NCBI RefSeq assembly: GCF_000315625.1
Contig: NW_005434654.1
Location: 4,273 to 68,272 of the forward strand
From: Guillardia theta CCMP2712
Lineage: Eukaryota > Protista > Cryptophyta
DNA: 64,000 nucleotides
Reading direction: 5' to 3'
Shown here: positions 13,733 through 27,162 of the stretch, piece after piece
Numbering within the stretch: position 1 is the stretch's first letter
How the letters are laid out: each line of letters opens with the position of its first letter
Notes under the pieces: generated by a model
The model's database searches: none
What the model saw: only the letters and a program-made list of their open reading frames with translations
What the model was told of the DNA's origin: nothing
Made by a program: the position numbers and the translations under genes

Positions 13733-16324
13733 AACCAACCCTATGGCGCGCGCAACCGTGGATGCCCTAGCATTTAAATCCTTCTTGAGGAGTTGAGTCA
13801 TTATTACTACCACACATCAACCCCAACTTTGTACTTGACCCCACCATCTTCACTCAATATTCTGGTACACATTTGTACCAATCCTTCAATCTAAAACTAT
13901 TTTAAAACAACAGCTCCGTGGAAAATGGCTAAGTCCTTTGCCAGGAGACAAGCATCCCTTGAGTCAGAGAGTAGCCTGTATCTTTCATCTACCCAGCGAA
14001 GCAGTTCCAACAAAGAGATCGAGTAGAAACATCGAAGTGCCAAGTACAAAGCAGCCTGAATTTGCCTGAATTTGCTACTCGCACACTGAATTTGCTACTC
14101 GCACACTGGCAGGTAAGAACTCTTCCCTGTAGTTGTCCTGGGTCAAAGCTCTGCTGTTCTTCCCAAAAGAATATTTCGTCGATTGAGTCAGTTATATTCT
14201 GTTTCAAGCATAACTGATCTTTACACCGCACCATGTGGGAGACGTCAAGAAGCAACATTAAATGTTGCTTCTTGATGCACATTTTCATGTCCAGTTGTAA
14301 TGATGTTACTAGGCGTTTCTAGGCTAACGTACTTGATTGCGAAGGATTCGAAGTTGCGATGACCCCTTCCAGTGGGTTCACCTGTTCTTCATTCATTCTT
14401 TCCTCATGTGTCCTTCGCAAAGCTTCTCCACTTCGTTCATCGTGGATACGATCACTGATCATGAGCATTTCATCAGTTTGACCAGTATAACATTTATCTC
14501 ATTCATCTCACCTGCTGTCAATGTCGTTTGCCTCTGCAGGTGGCCGCCGTATATACTTGTAAACTGTAATGTACGACAAGCTTTCATACTTCTTCTTCTC
14601 GTTTTCCTTCTTCCATGAATCATCCCCATAAATTTTTTCTATAAGCTTTTTGTATGCTGTGTCAAAACAATTTTGGTAATTCTCTACAGTGACTTTCTCC
14701 TGTCCCTCTAGTCCGCCTTTATCTCTTGCCATGTGCTCAAGCTTCTCCATAACTTTCCGTGCCTTGCAAAAGTTTTGCCGCATCCTTTTCTTGCGGATAA
14801 ATTCCGGTTTCAACTTCTTCAAAGGGCATATCTTTTTTGCTATTCCATTCTCAACAAATTGTTCCCCACAGTGCCAACGTTGACACAGGTTCTTACAGTC
14901 TACCTTCTGCACAAAATCGTAATTTTGAGGAACCATACAGATTTCACCTGTGTCCCACTTGAACAAATCCCCTTGTATTGATGAGTCCGTGCCAACACCC
15001 CAGGTCATGTCATGCCCACTGCCGCCGCCACCTGACGACTCCGAGGTCATGCCTGCCGATCTGTCACATCCACCCGTACTTCGCCTGTACTGGAACATTT
15101 GTTCAATGCGTCGAGACAATTCTTGAATAGACTCGTTCAGTCGTTGCTCCAATTCCTTTATATCATCTCTCTGTACAGGTACAACACCATTGATTTCGAT
15201 TTTCTTTAGGATTGTTTCTGTCACAGCTTCAGGTATCTTCGTTATTCCAACCTTCAACTCTTCTCGCAGCATGTTGATTTCTTCCCTTTTTGCATACTTC
15301 CAAGTGTCCTTGCACTGTCAACAAATTCTTGCCTTCTTTTATACGCATCTCTCCATTGACTTTTTTCTCAGTGACATGTTTCGCATATGCTTGGATGATT
15401 TTATCCAAGTTCTGGTCTAAAGTCATCCCAGTCATTTCCTTTTACCCCTATCGCTGTGAATTCCTGATTGTGCTCGAAATAAAAGTCCTTCAATGCGCAC
15501 TTTTATCCTTGTAATGCGCCAACAGACAACGTCTGATGTTTGACATTGTTGGCAGTGGAGCTCGATGCTTCCTCTACCATGTGCTCACCGTCATCGGAGT
15601 CACTCTCGTCGCTACTGTCGTCATCGGCGTCTATGTCGCCATGTTGCCCTCGCCTCCTCTTCCTTCTCTTTGTCAAACCGGTACTTCTTGTCAAATAGCC
15701 GAACAATCCCTTAACTGCCATCCATGAAAGTGGTAAATTCAATTGTCCAGACTCATTCAAAGCGTTTAAGTATATTTCATACTCGTTGGACTCGCCTGCT
15801 CTTTGAGCTCTTTGAGCGCGCTTCGCTTTCTTTCGGAGGATATCGACGAGTTTTAGAATTTTGTAACGATATACCTTCTGAGTGCTCTCAGCGATTCGTT
15901 TGTTCCTCATCGCATCATACGCATGTATATCTCGGTCTGTTCTGTTAGTAGACACATCCCTCGTGAAAGAGGCTACACTACTTGCATTGTCCGCTGTCTC
16001 TGTCCCCAGACGCAATCCATTTTCGGTCAGTGGGGTGGTTTTACGTTCAACTGTTCGCATACACCAACAATACTTTACTTAACTTTTTCCTGGTACAAAT
16101 TATTTCAGCGCAATCTTTGACGCACGTATCCTAGGAACGTCATGTTAGATAACTTGTATACTACCGGTCCTTGATTTTGCATGGAAAAGTACCCCGTATA
16201 TTATATACCTATATCGAGTTGCGTGCTCAATCACTACTTTTATGAATTTTATTACTGCGCGCAACCCTATAACCCTAAAAGGACAGCAACAGATATATAG
16301 GGATTGCGCCATAAAAATTAATTG
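13728..16324 (-). mobile_element. Crypton-like element, copy 2 (head-to-tail duplicate)
   Basis: All internal ORFs recur unchanged at an offset of exactly 2592; third AATTG at 16320-16324. Confidence 0.75.
14508..16060 (-). pseudogene. Disrupted CryptonS-like recombinase, second copy with the same lesions
   Basis: Same translations as 11916-13468. Confidence 0.65.
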
Positions 16325-17118
16325 TATTGTTTCTAGTATCGCTATGGCATTTCCTTGGACCACTCTGTATCTATGACCAGATGTTCTAGGACCTTCTTAT
16401 TAGGACCCCTAATTTTGATGGTCATAGGATAGATAGGATTAGTGTCCTAGGAACTTCATACTGTAATCACGACTCCTGTTTGTCTGCAGATGAGACTCCC
16501 TGTACATGCTGAACAGGGCGCACTAGGGCGGAGGATAGGCGGGGAGCGTGAAGAATGGCTGAGAGGAGGAGAATGGAAGGAGGGAGAGTAGAATAGACAG
16601 AGACAGAGAGGCAAGGCCTATCAACAATCATGTAGAGATGCAAGCTTGAAGATGCAGGTGTGCAGGCTTGACTGTTGGTAGGCAGAAAGGGTTCGAAGTG
16701 GTGAATGCAGTTAGAATTCTGAGTAGAGGAACAAATGTGCGAGGTAAGCATGTTGTTCGTTGGTGAAAATAAGAGAGAGACCCTGTGTTTACTCTGTTGA
16801 GGGGTTGGAAGCTGAGTATTCAGCCGTTAGGGCGTGATCAGTTGTAACGAATCATTTCATTCGATTCGTGAGTATCTTGGCTTGGTGGCACTAATCCTCT
16901 GATGGCGTGTGAAAGCTCAAGACAGTTTTTGCTGAATTTCCATCTCTCAAAGTTTTTTGGGGGGTTGAAGTACGAAATATTTGCTGAATATGGCACCCAG
17001 GCAGTGAGCGTTTACAAAACACTTGAATTCACGTCAATCTGTTTGTTCCGGTTCATTCTCGCTCAGTGGAATTCGGACATCTCGGTGACATCAAGCGTCA
17101 TCGCTTGGCTCTGCATCG

Positions 17119-18580
17119 ATGATGCACCGTTCTGGCAGTGAGCCCAACATCAAGATCGTTGATGCCAGTGGCGCGCGATCGTCGGGATCCGACGATCGAC
17201 CGACCAAACCCGTTCGGCTGCAGAGGGGAGTGAGGGGAGAGCTTCTTCACTCCGTCTTCGTCAGCCTCTTGGATCGCGACGCGCATGGGCGAGCTGTCAA
17301 GGTCCGACCAGAAACAGCAGTCAGAGCAGGGAAGATTCAGATACAAGACGAAGCTATTCACAAGATTGAGCCGATAGCCAGAGCCAATGGAGCAAGAAGG
17401 GACATTCCAGTTCCCTGCCAGAGGGGAATGCGAGCAGAGCTACTGAAAAGAGCTTTTCAAGCTCATAGGAAGCAGCCTGACATTGGAATATCTCCAGATG
17501 AGCCTCCCTTAAGGGTCGCTAGCAACCCTCCGGATCCAATCAGGAGCAGTCGATCTCGCAGTGAAGAACCTTCAATACCAAAGAAGGTCTGTGAGGCCAT
17601 GCCCAGACCTGCTGCGTTTCGGCATCACAGAGGAGTCCGTGGCTCCCTCTTGTGGGCTGTCTTACAGAACCTCGCCTCAAGGAAGACGGGGCAGGAAAGC
17701 GAAAACCATGTACAGCACGTTCGAATGGGAAGGGAAGACGTCGATATACATTTTGGTTCAAGCTCGACATTCAGTATCGAGATTCCTGCACTGGAGATTG
17801 TCTGTGATGCCAAGATACGCAATGTGATGGACGTTTCATGGTCTGGGCTGAATGGGATCGACAATTCTGATTGGAAGGATCGATTTTGTATGATCGACAA
17901 CGAAAACAACTTGCACATCTATGATAGCATCGAGGCCATTCGCTCCTCCATCGTCATCCCGTAATTGAGATCACATCGTGTGAAACAACTCTTGCTTACT
18001 CCACTTGACAGGCTGGTCATGCTTTCTATGGCGACCATAGATAATGTAAGTTTTTCAAATTGACGTCGATATTGGACTGACAGTCCTGTACCAGCAAATT
18101 CCTATTCTCGAGCTCAGACTGCACGAGTGGGAGCTTCAGACTGGAGGGAAGTACTCTTCGAATGAGGTAGTGAACGAAAGTGCGGCTCTATCTTTCCTCC
18201 CCGTGGTGGAGCATTCCAAGGATATTGTAACAGAACCGCAATCTTTGTTCCGCTCGCTAACTGGAACTGCAGGGGCGGCTTTATCTCCATGCAAAAACTC
18301 TGGAAATGTATATGTCATGGCAAAAAGCCTTACAGCTGGCCATCGACGAGGATGTGATGCTTCTTTTCTGATTTGCCTGCCTTGTTGGACTGACTTTGTA
18401 CTCAGAAATCTAACGACAAGATCTTGGAGAGATCTGGCAGCCCTAGAGCTCTTGAGTGTGAGCGGGTACACCATTACCAATGTGTATTCTCTCTTATGAC
18501 CAAGATTTATCCTGCAGGGTGACTCGGCCATTCTCATGGAGCACATCCTGCCGCTAAATGTCGACCTCAACGACCTGTAG
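17119..18580 (+). CDS. Hypothetical multi-exon protein, possible PH-like segment
   Basis: 281-aa ORF ending WKDRFCMIDNENNLHIYDS, then short GT-AG introns and a last exon ending ..VDLNDL*. Confidence 0.4.
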
Positions 18581-18802
18581 CACACCGGTAGCAATGGATG
18601 CGCGAGTGTGAGGAGGATGGAGGATTTTGTAAACAAATAAGGGTAATGTAGATGTCAATGTAATGTAAATGACAAGGTACATATTGTAACCGGATAGAGT
18701 TTACCATTATCTTGCGCAGACTCCAAAGCGATTCCACCAGAATCTACACGAGTGTTCTCGAACCAAACTCAGGGGCCTGACGAAGTTTGTTACGCGATCT
18801 CA

Positions 18803-19888
18803 TCACTTCACGTCTGGATTCGCACCGTAACCAGCTCCAGGGTGCATGGCAACACCAGGATGTCCGGCATCTTGTCCTGGAACCCCATAGCCATAACCCG
18901 CCCACTGCCCAGCAGCTGGCGCGCCGTAGCCACCATAACCAGCATACGCTCCAGCGCGTGCATAATAGTCATAGCTGTACCCGTGCGCGGGGACGGGTGC
19001 AGGAGGGCGGGGAGTCCTGCACTTGAAGCATTCGTGCCTGGAAGCATAAACCTGGGCCGAGCATTGAGGACAGATCCAGTCTCCAGGCCGACTGGTGTGA
19101 AGAGGTGGGTGGATGTCATACGCACGTCCTCCGAACGAGACTCGACCATCCCCGTAGCCCATCCCTCCCGGCTTTGGGGTGCGGCACTTGTAGCACTCAG
19201 CTCTCGTCGCGAAGACATTGGAGAAGCAGTTAGGACAGGTCCAATCTCCGTCACGACGAGCAAATTTGCCAGTGGAGTCCTCGTAGTAAGCCTGGGAGCT
19301 CGCTCCCTCTGGTTTCGGGGTGCGACACTTGTAGCAGATCATCTTGCTGGCAAACACATTGGAACCGCAGCCCGGGCACTGCCAGTCCCCTGGGCGAGGG
19401 ACTTGAAACGACGCGCCCGGGTGTTCCGGGGGGGGTCCGCCGGCACCTCCACCGCCACTTTCAGCAGGGCGAGGAGTTCTGCACTTGTAGCATTCCCGCT
19501 TCGATGCGAACACAGTGGCAAAACACCTCGGGCAGGCCCAGTCACCAGCAAACTACACGACTCGTCAGCGATTGGAAGAAAATGAGGACAAGGGAGAGAT
19601 GTTTACCTTGCCCGGGGGCAAAGACACCTGGTTTGCTAGGTAGCCTCCTCCTGTGCTCGGCACGTCACTCCTCCGTTCGAGCCTGCGTTCATCCTCGTTG
19701 TTATCACGTTTGCTGGTGTCGTCCTTCCACGAGGCCTGATCCTTCCCCTCTTCGCCATTCCTACCGGAGTCACCTTCGTCTCCACGGGGACTAGCCGGGC
19801 TCCTCGAGCGGCGGGAGAAGCCAGCCGGCACTGTGCTTGTCTCGGGCGAGGAGCGGCCACTATCACGATCTCGGCCCCGATCACTCAT
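18803..19888 (-). CDS. RanBP2-type zinc finger RNA-binding protein (4 fingers, RS-rich N-terminus)
   Basis: Four GDW-x-C-x2-C-x4-F/Y-x5-C-x2-C repeats; SRRSRSP near the N-terminus; G/Y-rich tail. Confidence 0.9.
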
Positions 19889-20657
19889 CTGCATGCAACG
19901 GTTACCGCGGCGCATTATAATGGAAGAAAGTTGTTGTTCACTCGCAGTTCGCACTGTGCAAAATCCGCATGGATTACAGCTGAAATGTTCAATGCTGTTT
20001 CACATGACCACCATACACATAATCCTCATTCTGATCTTCCTCCTCTCTCCACCATCCTCCTTCCCCATATTCTTTCTCGCCCACCTCTTCCACTTCCTAC
20101 GTCTCTGAACTTCAAGCCCTCATTGCATATTTCTCCCTTCTTCCATGACATTCTGCGCCTTTGCTCACAAATATTCATGTATCCTCATCCCGTCTCTTTC
20201 CTCCCTCCCTCCTCCCTCCTCTCTTCTTCTTCTCCTCCTCGGCCCCTCGCCATTTCTACCCCTGCACTCGTAGCTGCTTTAGCAACGGTCTTAGGGCCCT
20301 AAGTACTTCCTAGGCCCCTGCAGTACCACCGGTCCTAGGTACAGATAGGCCCATTGTTTTGTACTGGAGTTAAAAAAATCACTATTGCATGCGTCGTTTT
20401 AAAACTATATAAAGCGCAGAGGGGCGGAATTCAATACAGGCAAAAACAACTTGTACCATTATAATATCAAAAACTGCATCAATATTGTAATTTATTTTAA
20501 TTGTACTGTTTTTCATTCTTCTTTAAAATATCTGGTAGTTTGTCTGTAGTTTATGTTCGAAATTGGGTACAAATGCAGTGGAGCAGACTTTTATAATGTC
20601 TGCGCGGGGAGGTGGGGCATGGAACCTTCCAAACGCGCCTCAGTACTGCGAGTCGCC

Positions 20658-21510
20658 ATGCGGGCAGCCGCTGCACTGCTGGCAGTGACGCTGATGCTCA
20701 TTATGGCGGAAGGAGCGACGGCGGTGAGAACAGCCGACATGCATGCATCTTACTCGCATGCTGCTCGCATGCTTCTTGGCTGCTCATCCTCTCTGTCTTC
20801 ACTTCGCTCCTGCGATCCTCGTGGTTGTAGAGTGAGCAGACTGCTCTGTGGCGATGAACACGTTAGCAATGTTGGAGCTCTTGCTTCTCTTTCAACTTTT
20901 CAGCTCCCCCTCTTAGCTCTCATGCATGCTGCCTCGCCCCTCATCGCTGATAGCTGCTCGTACCATAGAAGGAGATGAGCGAGTCCGAGAAAGAGAAGGC
21001 CCGGGAATCAGCACTGAAAGGCCTCGACAAGCCCCTCGAGAAAATGCGCGCCAAGGAGCTGCTGGTGCTTCTCAAGGAGAGAGGAGTTGACTGCAAGGAG
21101 TGCAGGGGCGCAGAGAAAAGTTTTCTCATCCAGAAGGTGAACACGAGGCCGGGGGAGAAGGGGGGTGGGGGGGTGGGACGGTGCTGGTCAGCTGGGGATG
21201 ATGGGAATGACGATGATAGGATGAGTGATGAGGATGGCTATGAGGAACTGATGCTGAACGATCTGGTTGCATCAGGTGCGAGAGAATCTTCACCTTCCGG
21301 TCAAGAACAAGATCAACCAGGAGAACGCAAAGGGCAAAGACGAATCTGTGAGCACATGTGGTCGTCAAAGTTGCTGGACTGATGTGCTTACAGGTTGACG
21401 ATATCATGGCGAAGCTCAAGGGCATGCCGGGGATGGAGAACATCAAAGTCTATGGCAGAGATGATATCGAGAAGATGGCCAAACAGTTTGGGAACAAGGG
21501 TGATCTTTAA
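20658..21510 (+). CDS. Small secretory-pathway protein with ARMET/MANF C-terminal (SAP-like) domain
   Basis: Signal peptide MRAAAALLAVTLMLIMAEGATA; LEKMRAKELLVLLKERGVDCKECRGAEKSFLIQKV; ends KGDL*. Confidence 0.65.
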
Positions 21511-21581
21511 CAGGGAGAGAGCTGATAGCAAGGATAGGCCATGCTCTGTGAATGCACTTGTCCTGATCGATCTCCTCCTCT

Positions 21582-24500
21582 CTAGACCATCGACTGACAG
21601 CCCTGACTGACTTGCCGCTGCTGGCAAGTGAACTCATCTCCTCCTCCTGTGCTTGTCCTCCCCGCTTGCTCTGGCATCTGTCGGCTTGTCAGTTCCACCA
21701 TGAAACCCCTCGTCCCCTCACCCTCTTGCCCGCTCCCAGCAGCTCCCGCTGCTGTCGCACCCTGACCAGGACCTGCTGGAGTATCAGCAGGAGGAGAGAC
21801 GAAGGGGACGCGACTTGCCCGTAGCTGTCGCCTCTGTGGTCTGCTCGGGCTGAAAGGAAGCAGCGTCGTCAGTGCTCTTCTCCTCATGAGCGCGAATGCA
21901 TACCGGGATGGGAGCGACGAAGATCTGGCGGTACAAGTACCACGCACCAAGGAGCACGATCAAGCTCTGCTCGTGCCGTGAGCGAGGGAGGAAGAGAGGA
22001 GGACGGAGACGGAGAAACGAGGAGAGAGGGATGCGATGAAGGGAGGAGGGGAGACGTGAAAGGTCACCTGATCCAGATACCAGTAGACGAAGAGGACGGC
22101 GGCGAAGAAAAGATACTTGCTAGTGCTCTTCATCTGCTCCCTGATTGCGCTTGTCAGGAAAGGAGGATGGAGAGCAACTCATGGCCGAACCTCCATGGCG
22201 GCATCGCCTGCCAGGCGTCCACGTAGCCAACCCACAGCAACTTGGGGGCGAAGACTAGCGGAGAGTGAGGAGATTATCGAAGAATGGAGAGAAGAGGAAG
22301 GGGAGAGGAGAAGATAAGAGGAGCGGAGGGGAGTGGAGCGGAGCGGAGCGGAGGACAGAGACAAGGGGAAGAAGCTGCGTACCTGCCACACACAACCTGT
22401 CCCAAATGAGGGAACCAAACACTGAGGCTCCGAGCGAAATGAGAACCTGAAGCAGGATTAGCAGGAAGAGGAAGGGGAGGGGGGCGTTGAGACGACGAGG
22501 AGGAGGAGGAGGAGGAGGAGGAGGAGGAGGAGGAGGTAGGAAGGTGCGCACTCACCTGCTGCCTGAACCAGTCCGAGGGCATGGGGACGAGCTTGAGGAG
22601 GTCGTTGAGGGCAGGAAACACCTCGAACGCGCAGACAAAGATCCCCGTGCAAACAGCAGCAAGCGACATGCCCATCGCTGCGTTCTCAGTCGCTGCAAGC
22701 ATGAAGGGCCTCCCCTTGTAGTTGACCGCCATGACGCTCGCCTGCTGAGCCGTCTGCACGAGGAAGACGACGGTGTTGAGGAGGGAAGGCTTGAACTTGA
22801 TGGTCAGCCCAGTGGACTCAGCGTCCACGGGCTTTGCGGCAACCACGGGGACGTCGGGCATGTCGCCGTCAAGGATCGCAGCTTCTTCAGCTGAGACTTG
22901 CGAGCGAGTGAGGGAGATGATGTACATCATGCTCGCAAGATGAATCGCAAGCTGTCCAACGATGGAGACCCAGATGGCTGGGTGAAAGATGGTGGTGATC
23001 GGACGGCAGGGCGACAGCTGGGGCGCAAGGATCAGCCTCCCCCACCATCTCCTCCTCCTCCTCAGAGTTCTCGTCCTTCCCCTCACCTTCCTCTCCTCCT
23101 CCTCCTCCTCCTCCTCCTCCTCCTCCTCCTCCTCAACTTCTTCACCTTGTCGACAGGGCGGGAGTAGGAGAAGGCGAGGGATGCAACCATCAACAGCAGC
23201 CCCGTAGCCAGCAGCTGATTCTCACCCTTCGTGACTCCGTCGAGGTACAAGGCCGACATGGAGTAGGCGGTGATGAGACACTCTAGGGCGAGGACCTGGG
23301 GGACGTCAGCACGACTGCCTCCGTCCTCTCCTCGTGAACCTGCTGCATCTGGATGGTACTCACTAGCGTGCATCGGCCCTGCTGGAGGGTCAGCAGGAGG
23401 AGAGTCAGCGGATCAGTTGAACCTGGCGGATGATGTCGACGGTCGACTTGATGGAAGGAAGTTTGGAAGTGAAAGGAGCAGCCACACTCGCGTCTCCCAG
23501 CTGCCCCGGGCGTCAAGCTTCCTCCTCTATCATCTACTGTCGCACCTTGATCTGAGGGACCTCCCCCGTGTCCATGTCGGAGAGCATGAGAGCTGCCTGG
23601 GCGGTGAAGTTGTTGGTACCTGGAAGAAGGCAGCAGTTAAGAGGAAGGAGACAGCAGCGAAGAGGAAGAAGACAGCAGTTAAGAGTGCCGTCGGCATGGA
23701 GATGTTTGATATGCTGACAGAACCACACACGGATCCACTCAACCATGTTTGGCAATCTCACAACAACAATCTCTCAGCGCAGCAACCGTCCTTGGACAGG
23801 TGCGTCCGAGATCTTGGATATAGGGCGTTCTCGGCAGGGCAAGTGGAAGTCGTTCGATCCACCACCCTTGGTATCACCCGACCGACAAGCTCCAACCCTC
23901 CTCCTCTCTCACCTCCGATGGACTTCTGCCGCTCCTGTGCTCTCCTGTTCAGCTCGTCTCGAGCCTCCACCGCCGCCTGCTTGATCGCCTTGAACGCAGC
24001 CCAGGCGTCTCCCCGCTGCGAGTACTCGTTGACCAGCTCGTTGTAGCGCTGCATCTGCCACTGCTTCATGTACTCGGCGTCCTTCTTCGCCTCAGCCTGA
24101 AGCTTCTTCTGCTTCTCCTGCATCTTCTTGAACTCTTCGCTCAGGCGCGATTTCTTCTCTTCCGCCGTCTCCTTGTCCGTCGTCTTCTCTCCCTCCTTCG
24201 CCGTGTTCGCCGCCCCGAAGCCTGACAGCAGAGCCACCCCGATGTGCGCCTGCTTGAGAGCCCCGACGTCGTTGGCGCCGTCGCCGCACATGAGGGTGTG
24301 ATACCCCTGCTCCTTGAGAGCGCGCAGCACGGCCTCCTTGTCCTCGGGTGACATGCGAGCGAAGATCTTGATATGCTTCACCACCTGCCACATGTAGCTG
24401 TCGCGATCAGCCGCGAGCTGCAGGGAGGAGCCGGTGACGCAGAGGTCGTACCCCTCCTTGACCAGCCTCGGGACCTCCTTGGCCTGGAAGGCCATAGACG

Positions 24501-27162
24501 GGATGTGAAGATCTCCTCTGGCAACCGACCAGACGAGCTGGCCGGAGTCATCCTTCTCGAGCAGCAGCTCCTTCTCCTTGATCCCACTCGTCATCCCGAC
24601 CTCCTCCCCGACGTAGAGGGCCGTCAGAGCTCCGTCTCCCGTCGCCATGGCGACGTGATGGGAGCTTTGCAGCAGATGCTTCACGACCTCTGCCGTGTCT
24701 CGTCGGACTTGACAAGCAAACGCAACGAATCCTACGAAGTTGAGGTCACGCTCGATGTCTTCCCTCGCCGGACCGTGTCCTGTCGCCTGCGCCTGCTTCG
24801 CCTGACTCGCTTCCGCTGCGCTCAAGTCCCTCGAGGCAAGAGCAAGAACTCTCATCCCCCGCTCCGCCATGGCGCGGTAGGCGCGGTCGTAGTCGGCAGG
24901 CTTCTTGACGAGGAGGGTGGCGATGATTTCAGGGGATCCCTTGACGAGCGCGAGAGTGGAAGGAGACGGACGGGCCCGATCCTTCACGGTAGCCAGCACG
25001 CTCATGCGCTGGAGCTTCGAGGCGAAGTGATACCGATGCATTACCTGGACTGCGACATCGCCGGCCTTAACGCTATGGGACTTCTCGGTCGGCACAGACG
25101 TCTGCGTCCTCGGATCGTACTGCCATCCTATCGCGTTGATCGCTGCCATCTCAACAGGGTCCCCCATCACTTTATCGCCCACCTGGACCAGCGCATGGCA
25201 GCCAGCAAGGACGACTGCTGCTTCCCGCTCGGTCCTAGCGGGAGGCAGAGGATCCTCCTGCGCGCGCATGCTGGAGTACCAGGTGCCGACACAGACAAGC
25301 TTGTCAGTTGTCAGGGTGCCAGTCTTGTCGAAGAGGCAGTACTCGACCTTGCCAGCAAAGGGGATCCTGAACGGTTCAGTGCAGAACACGCTCGATCGGA
25401 ACAAGGCGAACACAGCTGCGTTCACCGCAACTGCCGTCTGCATCGGAAGCTCCGGCGGCACGACGCTGGTGAGGATCAAAACACATCGCAAAATCAGCTC
25501 ATACTGGGAGCGCTTTCCCTCCTTCAGCCCCTTGTGCAGCACGTGCCCGCTCGCAATGAGGGCAAAGACGAGGAGGAGGGCAAGGAGGGCAAGGACTTCC
25601 TTGGCATCCGTCAGCACTTGCTCCTGGGAGTACTCGATCATCCTGACGAGCTTTCCCTCGCTCGACGAGAACCCAGTCCTCACGCAATAGCAGATGCACC
25701 CACCGTCAGGAGCGACCAGCTCGTTGGGGTGCGAGGAGGAGGACGGGGAGTTGTGCTGCATCATGGTGGTCCCGCCATACAGCATGTGAACCCGGTGCGA
25801 TTTCTCGACGTCAAGTTGCTCGTTGGCGGCCGCTCCCTCTGCCAGCAGCGCTTCCTTCATCTGGGGAGTACTCTCCCCCGTCAGTGCTGCCTCGTTCACC
25901 ACCACACTCCCGCGGAGGATCAGAGCATCGCAGGGGACCGTCACGTCTTCGGCTCCCCTGGCGAGAGAGAGGATGTCGCCAGGAAGTAGCTCCTCTATGT
26001 TGAGGTCCAACCACTTCCTCTCGCGGTAGACCTTCACTGTTGTGACAGTCTTCTTCATCCCTCGCAGAGCCTGCATGTTCTTGATCTTACCGAAGACAGT
26101 ACTGCTCTCGTACATGCAGATGGAGAACAGCTGGAACAAGGCGTAGTTCCAATACTCGTCCAGAAGCCAGAGGGAAGCGCAGAAGAACTGGAAGACAGGA
26201 ACGGGTCCAAGGATCTGCTTGAAGAAGGCGTCTTTGAAGGAGGGCAACTCGATGTGCAATGAGTTGCTGCCATATCTCTGCTTCGAGGTCGCGATCTCTT
26301 CTGCACTCTGGTAGCCAAGATGCTGCTTGTAGTGCTGCAGGGGCTTCCCGATAGGCATCGAGAGTTCCTTCACTTCCATCCCGGACTCATCGATCTCGAA
26401 CTTCTGCCTCTGGAACATGAAGAATCTCTGCGTCTCCTTGCCCACCTTGACGACTTGAACAGGAACAACATCCGCTGCTCCTTGATGCGGGTGAGGCGTC
26501 ACATACGCCAACGTACCAGACTCGAGGCTGTCCGTCTCGGAGTACTGGACCTTGACTCTGACTCGTAGGGACCACCTCTGGACGAACCACACGAGGGCAT
26601 TCAGGATGACAACGATGGCGAGGAACAGGACAGCCCTGAGGTCAACACAAGTCAGCTCTCGTAGCAGGTGTAGAGATGAAGTCACCAGAAGTCCGGTAGC
26701 AGCGGGTTGGGAACTGCGCGCTCAGCAGCGTGAAGGGCCTCCGCGATTTGAGTAGAGTTCATCTGCGGGGTCGGTTCAGGCGGAGGCTTCACTGGAGCCT
26801 CTGCCATGATCTCTTCCTGCAGACAAGCGTCAGGACAAGGTCGTTGAGAGCACACATCCTACGTCTTCATCGTCTTCGATGCTCACTTCCGCCATGGCGT
26901 ACCCAACGTTTTTGGTGAACTTGGCAGCGCGTTTTGCCGCCTCATGAGCGATGGCGTTGGCATACGGGACTCCAGCTGTTCTGATGCACCACTCGAAGGC
27001 GATGGCATACAGAACGACAAACGGTGCGTACTCAAGGCCGATGCCAAGAAAGTTTGTGGTACGCCTTGAAATGAGGGTCAGAGGAGGAGGGGGGGGATGA
27101 AGAGCATACCTGCGAACAGGCACGACAGAGCGCAGGCACTCAGGGAAAACTATCTTTCCCAT
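21582..27162 (-). CDS. P5A-type ATPase (Spf1/ATP13A1-like), multi-exon; 3' end approximate
   Basis: LTGES, PPELP, DKTGTLT, MCGDGANDVGALKQA, AVNYKGRPF. Confidence 0.95.

Noticed and set aside
11150-16347. TATGG as the element's terminal direct repeat
   Set aside because: The third TATGG (16343) is 9 nt off the 2592 period; identity ends at AATTG
24373-25989. 538-aa plus-strand ORF
   Set aside because: Antisense shadow of the P5A ATPase
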